This document shows, one piece after another, positions 6,575 through 15,217 of a stretch of DNA of 24,508 nucleotides. The translations under genes were made by a program, and so were the position numbers. How positions within the stretch are numbered: position 1 is the first letter of the stretch; every line of letters starts with the position of its first letter. The DNA comes from a virus. Taxonomy: Duplodnaviria > Caudoviricetes. The stretch lies in the IMG/VR virus record IMGVR_UViG_3300049009_000397, positions 1-24,508 of that record. One strand, written 5' to 3'. Below the pieces are notes generated by a model. That model did no database searches. It saw only the letters and a list, made by a program, of their open reading frames with translations, and had not been told where the DNA came from.

Positions 6575-7801
6575 CTACGCCGCAAGCAGCGGCAATTCGG
6601 CGTCAGTCGCCGTGCGCCGCGTCTCGATGGTTTTGATTGTGCAACACCAAGCATTCGTGTTGAGGTTGCCAACCCTCGCGGTCGTGAGTCCCACAGGATT
6701 GGTGCCCGACACGTCGGTTACGATTGCGCCACCGTTGACCGACGCCGCGAAGTTGTTGTCTGCAAAGCGGCAAGCAAGAGTGAAGTCCGTGTCTAGGGCC
6801 ACCGCACCTACGTTGAGAGCAGCTTGCGTAACGCCCGCAACAACAGAATATACATACACGTTGCCGTTCACATGGACGGCAAATCGGCGATTAGAATTGG
6901 TGCCGTCGTCTACCTGAAAAAGAACGGTGCTGTAGGTGCTGAGTTTGCGCGCTGTGCGTGCTTTTACGATCCAGCACTGATCTGAAATTGCGTTCGCGTT
7001 GGTAATGAGCGCAACGTCGGCTGCACGAGCAACAGTCGAAGCAACGGTCTGAATGTAGCTCGATATAGCGGGCTTCTCGACAAGGGTCGCTCCCCAGATG
7101 TAAGCCTGAGACACGCCGTCACCAGTGTACGAAGCGGCGGTGTCCCCGGACGCGAGTCCGTATGCGAAAGTGCCGCCGCCCGACGAGGTCGGCGTGGCGA
7201 TCACGCTACACCTATAGAAGCCGTTTGCTTCCTGCGTGATGTGCGCTGTCGCTCCAGCAAGAACGGTTCCCACCACCCCCGTAGCAAGGTTGAAATAGGT
7301 GTTTCCGGTTCCGCCGAAGCGCGCTGTATCCAAATAAATAACCACCCAAGTCCGTGTGTCTGCCTTGGCGTAGATCGACGCCACACATGTGGTGCCGGAC
7401 GTAAATGTGGGAACGCGGTAAACGCTATGACTAGTTGTAGCGGAGTTCTCAACCACCGCGTCAGCCGTTGCCGTACCGTCCGGCGCAGTCGCGGCATTTG
7501 CAGTAACCGTGGTGTTGAACTTCAACCACACCGCGTTGCTGAACTCCTCCGAGTAGGTCGCTATATTAGTCGCCGCCTCTTCCACCAGCAGGCCGTCCGC
7601 CACCCACGCGCTGCCGTTGTATCGGTACTGGAAACGAGCCGCGTCCGTCGTCTCCGAGACAAGAACACCGGAACTATTGCGGCGGTAGCCCGCAGAGGCG
7701 CGGGTAAGCGTGACGCCGGCCGGCAAAGAGCCAAGCGAAAAATCGTAGAAGGCGCTGCTGCTGCTGCCGCCGCGAGGCCGATTGAGATACCGGAACACCA
7801 T
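6575..7801 (-). CDS. Head spike/fibre-domain protein with carbohydrate-binding-like beta domains
   Basis: 408 aa; TLTRASAG...GLLVEEAATN...YSEEFSNAVW...ATAPDGTATAD...SSYIQT...ARAAD motifs of phage spike/fibre proteins. Confidence 0.75.
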   Translation of the reverse strand: MVFRYLNRPRGGSSSSAFYDFSLGSLPAGVTLTRASAGYRRNSSGVLVSETTDAARFQYRYNGSAWVADGLLVEEAATNIATYSEEFSNAVWLKFNTTVTANAATAPDGTATADAVVENSATTSHSVYRVPTFTSGTTCVASIYAKADTRTWVVIYLDTARFGGTGNTYFNLATGVVGTVLAGATAHITQEANGFYRCSVIATPTSSGGGTFAYGLASGDTAASYTGDGVSQAYIWGATLVEKPAISSYIQTVASTVARAADVALITNANAISDQCWIVKARTARKLSTYSTVLFQVDDGTNSNRRFAVHVNGNVYVYSVVAGVTQAALNVGAVALDTDFTLACRFADNNFAASVNGGAIVTDVSGTNPVGLTTARVGNLNTNAWCCTIKTIETRRTATDAELPLLAA

Positions 7802-7805
7802 GTCA

Positions 7806-8198
7806 CTACCCCGTGTAGACGGTGAGTTTTTGTAAGTTCGTTCCGATCTGGCTCATGGCGCTCTGGGCCGCCTTGCCGCTGATCTGTATGGTAGTGCCCG
7901 CCGGAATGGGGATGCCAGCGTCAAGTGCAGCCGTGCCGCCCGTGGGATCGACCGCCGCTGCACCATTGGCTTCGGTGCTGCTGACAAGGACGACCGAGCG
8001 CGTGGCGCTCGCCGTTACCAGGACAGCGGAAACCCCGGTCATCGTGACAGACGATTTCGTGAGGCTGGCGCTTTCAGCCCCGCCCCCAGCCGTGACCTTT
8101 AGATTCCCCTGAGAATCTACCTGAGCCAGGATGGTTGACCCATCGCTGAATGTCTGGGGAGTGGCCTGATACTGGCCGGCAATCTGTTCAACGGGCAT
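7806..8198 (-). CDS. Putative virion structural protein (spike base-like)
   Basis: 130 aa from MPVEQIAG with SD AGGAGG; beta-rich; lies between fibre and spike genes. Confidence 0.55.
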   Translation of the reverse strand: MPVEQIAGQYQATPQTFSDGSTILAQVDSQGNLKVTAGGGAESASLTKSSVTMTGVSAVLVTASATRSVVLVSSTEANGAAAVDPTGGTAALDAGIPIPAGTTIQISGKAAQSAMSQIGTNLQKLTVYTG

Positions 8199-8246
8199 GT
8201 TGTGCCTCCTAAACCAGGATTTCTTCAAAGATGATGGATGCGCGGT

Positions 8247-9512
8247 TCACGAAATTACTCCGTCAGATTCGGTGACACGCATGTATACCGTACCGGAGCC
8301 CAAAGCGCCGCCGCCCGTCAGGTCAGAACCGATAGTGAGAGCCGCACCTGAAACAACCTGATACGCGCCAATGACGCGAAACGAACTAGCGTGGTAGGCT
8401 AGGTTTGTGAACTGCATGAAGGCCGTGTTGAGCGTTGACGCGCCGACCGTCACTGTCAAAGAATTGGTAACGCCTGTGCCGCCAATACTCGGGATGTCGA
8501 CTTCAATGGTCAGGATAGAGGTAGACCGGAGGGGCGTGTAGGAGAAGCTGAACGGGAACGCTCCGATGGCCTTCATCGTGACGTAGACGGGGTTAGCGGC
8601 AACGGGTTGCCCACTGGCGCGCATATAGTCTGTGCAGCGCCAGTTGCCGGAGCCTTCAGACTCAAACTCCACGCAATCGCCCGCTGCCGTGGTGATGTTC
8701 GCGCCCGTGGGTAGAATCAACGACGTGGCGTTGTGCGTGAGCGTCAGGATGCCGCCGAACACCACCTTGCGACGCGCGCCGGAGGCAATCGTGCCAAGCC
8801 CGGTGATGGTGGTTGTCCCGGTGATGCGGACATAGTTGGAGGCCGCCGCGCCGATATCGCAGGTGGTGGCGCTCGCCACGTCCACCCGTACCGCCTCGTT
8901 AATGGCCGCTCCGCTCATCGTGAGCGTTGCCGCAATCGTCGTGGCTCCGCTTATGGTTCCGCCCGTTCGGAAAAAGGTCGGCTTTGAACTGTTCAGAAGG
9001 TGGAAGACCGGCGCAGTCGGCGACGTGATGTCCGCGACCTCTACCTCTGCAATGCCGCCAGTGACGATGTCGCCAGCCGCCAGGGCCGTGCCATCAGGCC
9101 ACCGGACCGGACCCGCGCCAACCGTGCTGACATTCAGGGTAACAGCCCCGGTATTCGTCGCCGCTGCCTTGAACGAAAACGTCTGACCGACCGCATAGGC
9201 GGTGATGCCCGGTGTCGGAGCTATGGCAATCGTGTCGGTTCCGCTGCCGGCGGCGTAGGTAAGCCCGCCCGCAACGATCTGGCCGACGTTGACCGAATCC
9301 GCCGCAGCCGAGCCCGCGCCTAAGCCCGTAAACTTGTTTCCGCCCATTGGCTGGTTGCCGGTGTAGACGGTCTGCCCGTCCTTGCTGATCGACTGCGTTA
9401 GCGCAGCGGCAATGTCCGAGAAGTCGGAGTTGACCGCGCTCGACGCAATTGTAGATCCGGGCGTAAATGCCGGTTGCGGGAGGGAAAAGGTGCCAGAACC
9501 ATTACGCGCCAT
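8247..9512 (-). CDS. Tail fibre / receptor-binding protein
   Basis: 421 aa; N-terminal MARNGSGTFSLP...DIAAALTQSISKDGQT anchor; AYAVGQTFSFKAAATNTGAVTLNV and VASATTCDIGAA...LILPTGANITTAAGD fibre modules. Confidence 0.85.
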   Translation of the reverse strand: MARNGSGTFSLPQPAFTPGSTIASSAVNSDFSDIAAALTQSISKDGQTVYTGNQPMGGNKFTGLGAGSAAADSVNVGQIVAGGLTYAAGSGTDTIAIAPTPGITAYAVGQTFSFKAAATNTGAVTLNVSTVGAGPVRWPDGTALAAGDIVTGGIAEVEVADITSPTAPVFHLLNSSKPTFFRTGGTISGATTIAATLTMSGAAINEAVRVDVASATTCDIGAAASNYVRITGTTTITGLGTIASGARRKVVFGGILTLTHNATSLILPTGANITTAAGDCVEFESEGSGNWRCTDYMRASGQPVAANPVYVTMKAIGAFPFSFSYTPLRSTSILTIEVDIPSIGGTGVTNSLTVTVGASTLNTAFMQFTNLAYHASSFRVIGAYQVVSGAALTIGSDLTGGGALGSGTVYMRVTESDGVIS

Positions 9513-9515
9513 GTG

Positions 9516-11654
9516 TCACCGTGGAGATGAGGCAAAGCCGCCCGCAGCGCCGGCAAGGCCAGCGTTAACGGGGCGAGCCGCGCCCTGTTGCTTAAGGATG
9601 GTGTCAATCAGCGAAAGCGTTTCCGCGTTCATGCGCGGGTCGGGATTGGCGAGGAGATCGGCCAACCGGGAGCGCACCGCTTCGGAAGGCTGACGGACCT
9701 TTCCATAGGTGTCTTTGATCCACCCGATCACAGCCGAGATGTCGCCGCCGCTTGTGGGAGGCGCGGTCAATGCCGCCTCGTCCATCATGGAGGCGATACG
9801 CCGGCCGGTCGGGGAGCCTGCGTTTACGTTCTGATTACCGGCTTGGAAGGCAAGCTCGGTCCGCGACTGCTGGATCATGCGGTCGGCGGCTTCTTGCCCG
9901 TAAAGATCGACCAGCTTGGACTTTAGTAAGCTGTTCCCAGCGAGTGCGTCAGCCAACCGCCGCGTGGATTTGTCTCCACTCTTTGCGGCATCAGCCATGA
10001 CATTGGACGATCCGACTGCTGCCGCCGTTCTCTGTTGTGCGGTAGCGCGAGGCAGTTCGTCCGCGAGGGCATCGGCCGACGACTTTACCGCGTCGTCTCC
10101 ATAGCCCCTTTTCATGAAGTTCAGGCCACGGTCGCGCCACTCCGGCAACGACGCGATCTTGGCGTATGCCGTGTCGGCTTCTCTGATGGCGGGATTGGCT
10201 GCGTATAGTGCGGCCTCCCACTCGCCAGCCGTGTCGCCTACCATCTTCTTGTTGATGGGCTTGCCGCTGGCAAAAGCAGCGTCGGCATTCTGGTTCAACG
10301 CCTGCTTGACCATGTGGAAGCGTTCGGCTTCCGAAAGGGTCTTACCCTCGGACGCCGCCCATTCGTCCACCGTTTCCAAAGCCTTTTTGATAGAAGGACG
10401 CTGTGAAAGGTTGGTCAATTCCTCGGAGACGTTGAACTTACCGCCCCGCAAGACAGGGTCGTAAATCTCCGCGCCCTTGCCCGACCTGTATCCTTCAAAG
10501 AACTTGTCGAAACGCGACACGCCTGGAGCATCCGCGTTCGGCCCCATAGCGCCAAGGAACCGCTCGCCGGTGCGTTCATTTCTTGCCGTGTAGGCCGCCG
10601 CGTACTTGTCAGGTGCCTCGCCCTTCAGGGTAGCCCCAAGCTCCGCGAGGCGTTCCGCGCCCTTGCTGGTGTCGGCAATAAATGCGTCCTCGCCCAGCGC
10701 GGCAAGCCTGTCGCGTGCCCGGCCTGTTCCGCCGCTGCGGGCGATTTCCAGAGCAAGGCGCTTGCTCGCCGCGTCGCCCTCGATGTTGCCCGCCGCGATG
10801 CGTGAACTATCGGCAATGGTCGCCGCCAGACTGTCCTGCGTGATGTTCCCGCCTTCGGGAGCGGCGGCCGACAGGGACTTGTAGGGAACCTGCGGCGCGA
10901 ACTTGTCGGCAAGATTGCCGGTCGCGCGCAATACGCCCGGCGCGAACTTTTCGTAGAGATACTTTGCCCCCAAGCCGACAACCGGGAGAACGCCACCCAC
11001 GGCACCACCTACGGCGGCCGGGATGACGGCATTTGCGGCCCTGTTATCAAATCCGCCCTCACCTTCGCCAAAGCCCTGAGCGCCGCCAAGGACAGCACCG
11101 GAGGCCGCGCCACGCAGCATCATGCCGGGCAAGCTCGTCGCGCCGCCGCCAAGCAACGCCTGCCCGCCTGGAAGCATCATCAGTGCGCCAGTGCCGGCAA
11201 GCGTGCCGGCGACGTTCGCGCCCGTGGTCGTGACCGGATAGGCTTCTGCGTCGCTCTTGGTCTGCGCCCGAATGCGGGCCAGTTCCTCGTCGTACCGCTG
11301 GCCCTGTGTGGGGGCATTGGAGACGGTCTGCGGCGTCGGACTGCCGCCGATGCTTTCGTCACGCTGAAGCGCCGGCCCGCGCATCATCCAGTTGGAGAAT
11401 TGCGGCAACCAGCTTTGCGCGGCTTCTGGAATAATGGGAAGATTGCCGGAGCGCACGCCGGCCGCAATCTCGTCTCCAAAGCCCATGGTCGCGCCCTGCC
11501 CGAAGGCGTTGGCAGCGGCGTCGGATTGGCCTTGCGGCTTGCTGCCCTTCTCGCGTGACAGAAACGTGCGCGCGGCATTAGCCGCCTGTGCAGCGTCGGG
11601 AGCGTCTACCACCACCGTGCGGCCGTCGCCCAGATCGACTTCGAACTCGCTCAT
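9516..11654 (-). CDS. Large DNA ejection / internal virion protein
   Basis: 712 aa, Ala/Gly-rich; QGATMGFGDEI motif and Gly-zipper hydrophobic segments; last gene before tail fibre. Confidence 0.75.
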   Translation of the reverse strand: MSEFEVDLGDGRTVVVDAPDAAQAANAARTFLSREKGSKPQGQSDAAANAFGQGATMGFGDEIAAGVRSGNLPIIPEAAQSWLPQFSNWMMRGPALQRDESIGGSPTPQTVSNAPTQGQRYDEELARIRAQTKSDAEAYPVTTTGANVAGTLAGTGALMMLPGGQALLGGGATSLPGMMLRGAASGAVLGGAQGFGEGEGGFDNRAANAVIPAAVGGAVGGVLPVVGLGAKYLYEKFAPGVLRATGNLADKFAPQVPYKSLSAAAPEGGNITQDSLAATIADSSRIAAGNIEGDAASKRLALEIARSGGTGRARDRLAALGEDAFIADTSKGAERLAELGATLKGEAPDKYAAAYTARNERTGERFLGAMGPNADAPGVSRFDKFFEGYRSGKGAEIYDPVLRGGKFNVSEELTNLSQRPSIKKALETVDEWAASEGKTLSEAERFHMVKQALNQNADAAFASGKPINKKMVGDTAGEWEAALYAANPAIREADTAYAKIASLPEWRDRGLNFMKRGYGDDAVKSSADALADELPRATAQQRTAAAVGSSNVMADAAKSGDKSTRRLADALAGNSLLKSKLVDLYGQEAADRMIQQSRTELAFQAGNQNVNAGSPTGRRIASMMDEAALTAPPTSGGDISAVIGWIKDTYGKVRQPSEAVRSRLADLLANPDPRMNAETLSLIDTILKQQGAARPVNAGLAGAAGGFASSPR

Positions 11655-13399
11655 AGCGGCTTGCCGTCAAGGCTGATCCGCATGCGAGGGCCGCCGCCGG
11701 TCGCCTTCTGCTTCAGTTCCTCGTTTGTCGGCGCGTTGGCCGCGTAGTCGTTGCGCCCGGCCGGCTGGCCGCTCCGGACGCGGATGCGGATATTATCGAA
11801 ATTCAGGCCGTTGCGCTCCGCAATGCCCTTGTAGTCTTCTTCGTGCGCGTCGTAGGACGCCTTCAGGGAATTAAACCGCGAATCCAACTCCTGGATTAAC
11901 TTGGCGCGAGTGTTTGGCGATAGCTGGGCCTGCCCGTTGAGTTGCCCGACGTAGGCGGCAACGCGTTCGGCAACGCTTGCCGTGGCGATAACCTCGCCGC
12001 GCTCTCCAGACATGACCGCGCTGTCCGGGTCCATAGTCTTGGCGAATGCGTTGATAAGGTTAAGATCAGCGGCGCGCGATTCAGTGCGAGTAGCCGCGTC
12101 CTTTGCTGTTTCAACCAACGGTACCGCAATATTGTACGCCTTCGCTGCGCGGGCGTTGTTGAAGTCGTCGCGTAGCTTGTTTTCAAACTCAAACTTTTGC
12201 TTGGTCTGATCGTCGCCGCGCTTCTGGTCCGCGCCGGTACGGTCATCGCCACGCTTGCGGTTGTATTCGAAGTCGCCCTGAAGGCGCTGGTATTCCAGCT
12301 TCTGGTTCTCGAAAGAGGCATCCAGGTCGCGCTGCATATGGGCGACCATCGCCTGCTCGGCTTGAGCAGGGTTTTCCCTCCCGTATCCGCCTCGGCGGAA
12401 GCGATCAACGTATGGCGCGGCAAGCTGGGGCGGCATGTCACGCGGCGTCATGCGCTGCGGAAGCTGCGGCGGAGCAACCATCGTCGGCCCCTGCACGCCT
12501 TGCGGAGACGGCGTGGGCGGCGTGCCGTTGGTGGCAGCGGTGCCCTGTGCAACTTGCGGGCCTGGGGCGCTCCCTCCCGTAAGAATGCGGGCATAAGCAT
12601 CGACCGGCATAGCCTTGTTCGCGCCATGCTCCGCGCCGTGAACCCCTTGCGCGAACTTGGCCGCCGTGGCCGGGTCGTTCATGTCCAGCGGCTGGTTCGG
12701 GTCCAATCCGCCAATGCTGGCGACGTTCATAGCCCACTGGCGTGGATCGTTCGCACCGTCGCCCACGGGAGCCCATCGCTGGCCGATCTGCACCAGCGTC
12801 ATCGGCTGACCATTATTGAACTTTGCCGGATAGGCCCGGACGTTGTTCACCGCAAGGCGCACGCCGTCATCAAGTGTCGCAGGCTGTTGGAATCCGCTGG
12901 AGGCTCCCACCGGGCGCACGTTGCCGATGTTGTTGGAATTGACGCCACCGCCCTGTGAGCCGCCAGAGGGGGGCGCAGACGACATGCCGCCATAGGTGCC
13001 CGCAACCTGATTTAGCCCTTCGTTCTGGCGGTTGATTTTCATCCTTTCAACCGCCATCTGCGCGGCAGTCCTTGCCCCGATTTCCGGGTCGAAGGCCGCA
13101 AGATCGGCAAGCCCGCCCTCCGGGTCCGTCTTCATTTTGGCGATGGTGCTGGCGAGCTTGGTGCTGCGGTCCTCGCCAGCCTTTTTCTCCTCCACATCGA
13201 CGGCGTAATTTCCGTATGCGCCGGCCAGTGTCTGCGCGAGACGCGCCACGCCCTGCAAAGGCGATTGAATGGGGCTGGCGTCCATGCCCTGCTCTTGAAG
13301 GCGTCGAGCGAAAGCGCGGCGAGTGTCGTAGGGGTTGGCACGGCGACCCACGCCCGAGAGGGTGTAAGCAAGGTTGTTGTCGTCGGGCATGACGGTCAT
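11651..13399 (-). CDS. DNA ejection protein with internal lysozyme-like domain
   Basis: Start MTVMPDD at ATGA overlap with SD GGGAG; NNIGNVR...QIGQRWAP...AND...AEHG muralytic-like motif; MDPDSAVMSGE motif in C-terminal part. Confidence 0.75.
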   Translation of the reverse strand: MTVMPDDNNLAYTLSGVGRRANPYDTRRAFARRLQEQGMDASPIQSPLQGVARLAQTLAGAYGNYAVDVEEKKAGEDRSTKLASTIAKMKTDPEGGLADLAAFDPEIGARTAAQMAVERMKINRQNEGLNQVAGTYGGMSSAPPSGGSQGGGVNSNNIGNVRPVGASSGFQQPATLDDGVRLAVNNVRAYPAKFNNGQPMTLVQIGQRWAPVGDGANDPRQWAMNVASIGGLDPNQPLDMNDPATAAKFAQGVHGAEHGANKAMPVDAYARILTGGSAPGPQVAQGTAATNGTPPTPSPQGVQGPTMVAPPQLPQRMTPRDMPPQLAAPYVDRFRRGGYGRENPAQAEQAMVAHMQRDLDASFENQKLEYQRLQGDFEYNRKRGDDRTGADQKRGDDQTKQKFEFENKLRDDFNNARAAKAYNIAVPLVETAKDAATRTESRAADLNLINAFAKTMDPDSAVMSGERGEVIATASVAERVAAYVGQLNGQAQLSPNTRAKLIQELDSRFNSLKASYDAHEEDYKGIAERNGLNFDNIRIRVRSGQPAGRNDYAANAPTNEELKQKATGGGPRMRISLDGKPL

Positions 13400-14118
13400 C
13401 CGGCAATCTCCCGCTGCAGATGTGCCCACATCGGCGCGACTTCAGCCGCCACCACTTCAAGCTTTGCCCGGTAGGTTTCGCTCAAATCCGGATGATGCTT
13501 TGCCAGATAGGCAGCGCGGCCTTCGCTCCACCACGCAGGGCATGTCGCGCACTCGGGAGACTGCACGCCGTTCTCGTAGACGCGGCAGATCGGAGCGCCG
13601 ACTTCGCGCAGGTAGGCGAATACATCCGCGTCAGACCAATTCAGCAACGGCAACCACAGGTCATAACCAAGACCCGTTGGTCCGTCTTCTGCCGGGAGCC
13701 GTTTCATGTCGGCGCGCTTCGTGCCCCTGATGACAAGCGTGCAGCCGTCTTTCAAAGCCGCGTTGTGCATAGGCACCATGATATTGAACGCGCAGCACTC
13801 GAAACGATCCACGAGGCGGCGGTCGCTCATGCCGATTTTCACACCCAAAGGCGTACAGGAGCTTGGGACGAGGTCGCTGGGCAGGCCAAAGCGCTCGTTC
13901 CAATCTGCCGCCTGCGTCTCTATTCGGACGAACGACGGCACCATAGCCTCGACGCAATCCACGATTTCCCGAACCTCGGGGAGAAGGTCGCCGGTATCGA
14001 CATGGTAAAGCGTCAGGCGGTCCCAATGCGGACGCAACACGTGGACCAGCGCAAGGCTGTCCTTGCCACCGCTGAACTGAAAGGCCACGTTCTTGTGGTT
14101 AGAGAGGGGATTCGTCAT
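13396..14118 (-). CDS. PAPS/APS reductase-fold (PP-loop) protein with predicted 4Fe-4S ligands
   Basis: FSGGKDS PP-loop, VDTG, ECC, RGTKRAD, LPLLNWSDADV, CATC; no C-terminal ECGxH. Confidence 0.9.
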   Translation of the reverse strand: MTNPLSNHKNVAFQFSGGKDSLALVHVLRPHWDRLTLYHVDTGDLLPEVREIVDCVEAMVPSFVRIETQAADWNERFGLPSDLVPSSCTPLGVKIGMSDRRLVDRFECCAFNIMVPMHNAALKDGCTLVIRGTKRADMKRLPAEDGPTGLGYDLWLPLLNWSDADVFAYLREVGAPICRVYENGVQSPECATCPAWWSEGRAAYLAKHHPDLSETYRAKLEVVAAEVAPMWAHLQREIAG

Positions 14119-14332
14119 GAGACTTTGGCTTGTGCTTCTTCTGTGCGTTTCCGCATGTGCGGGACGCGCGACAGTCGAAGGGACAGAAAAGGGCGGCGTT
14201 GCGACTTGGTGGAATCATCCAGACGCAACGCTTGCAATGCAGGCCGCAACGACGCATTGCGCTCGCTATGGCCGCATAGCAAAGCCAACTCAGGTCGAGT
14301 GGACGGGGATGCTGACGTTTTCATGCGAGTAA
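14117..14332 (+). CDS. Small lipoprotein on the opposite strand (moron; superinfection-exclusion candidate)
   Basis: 71 aa MRLWLVLLLCVSAC lipobox; two more Cys (HCARYG, TFSCE); SD GAGGGG upstream; exactly fills the gap in the late operon. Confidence 0.75.
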   Translation: MRLWLVLLLCVSACAGRATVEGTEKGGVATWWNHPDATLAMQAATTHCARYGRIAKPTQVEWTGMLTFSCE

Positions 14333-15217
14333 TCAAAACGCAGCCAAGCCGAAATAGCTGGCGGCACCACTGATTCCCGCGCTGCCCAAACCAAACAGGC
14401 CACCCATCGCGGCATCAGAGCTTTTCTGCTGCATCTGCTGCTGGGCAATTTGCCCTTGATACTGATTCCAGTAATTGCCTGACACGTCCGTCGGCGCGAC
14501 CTGCGCTTGAGCGACCTGACTGAACTGCGGGGCCTGCACGCCGTTGCCAGTGCCCAGAAGCGTCGCAACCTCGTTGATCGGCTGCGTCCGGAGGTTGGTC
14601 ATCTCCTGAATAGCGCGGTCGCGGGTGTTGGCCTCAAGCCCGTACTGCTGGGCCGCCGCAGATCCCGCCTGCACATCGGCTCCAAGGCGGAAGTCGTTTG
14701 TGGCCCGGTTGTAGTCGTAGAAGCTGTCCTTCCACGCATCCGTGCCGACGCTGATGCCCTGGTTGGCTAGTCGGGTACGTAAAGCCTCGCGGTCCTGATC
14801 CATCTGCGGCTGGTTGCGCGCGATGATGGCGTCCCGCTGTTGCTGGCGGTACTGCTCGTTATAGACCGGCGCGGGAGCCAATCCGTCGTAGCTATAGGGC
14901 TTGGACGTGGCATCGCCAATGCGGCCAACGTACTGGTTGGCAAGGTCCGACGTGCCTTGCGTGAGTTGCTGCTGGCTGTCGTAAATCTTCTGCTGGCCGG
15001 GACTGAGCGCGGTTGTCTCGTTCCACAGGGGGACATCGACGCCGCCGACGTTCTGCGTCCCTCGCACGTCGTATGTTTTTGACCCGTCCGGGCCATACTG
15101 ATTGATGCGGTTCAGGTAGCCGTTCGCGACCGCCGTGTTGACGTTGCTTTCCGTTTGCTTCTGCGAGACGAGGGCCGGATCAGGGGCCGGGGGTGCCGAG
15201 GCGCTCTTGCTGCCCAT
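14333..15217 (-). CDS. DNA transfer / pilot ejection protein
   Basis: 294 aa MGSKSASAPPAPDP...; Gln-rich helices; C-terminal Gly-rich hydrophobic tail MGGLFGLGSAGISGAASYFGLAAF. Confidence 0.75.
   Translation of the reverse strand: MGSKSASAPPAPDPALVSQKQTESNVNTAVANGYLNRINQYGPDGSKTYDVRGTQNVGGVDVPLWNETTALSPGQQKIYDSQQQLTQGTSDLANQYVGRIGDATSKPYSYDGLAPAPVYNEQYRQQQRDAIIARNQPQMDQDREALRTRLANQGISVGTDAWKDSFYDYNRATNDFRLGADVQAGSAAAQQYGLEANTRDRAIQEMTNLRTQPINEVATLLGTGNGVQAPQFSQVAQAQVAPTDVSGNYWNQYQGQIAQQQMQQKSSDAAMGGLFGLGSAGISGAASYFGLAAF

Noticed and set aside
6575-9512. Diversity-generating retroelement or invertible fibre cassette
   Set aside because: No reverse transcriptase, template/variable repeat pair, invertase or flanking inverted repeats found in the window
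12205-12262. Short tandem peptide repeat KRGDD...KRGDD (and KFAP twice near 10890-10955)
   Set aside because: Small intragenic duplications common in ejection proteins; no evidence of separate function
13396-14118. Calling this gene cysH, a sulfate-assimilation auxiliary metabolic gene
   Set aside because: The C-terminal catalytic ECGxH motif is absent and no other sulfur genes are present in the window
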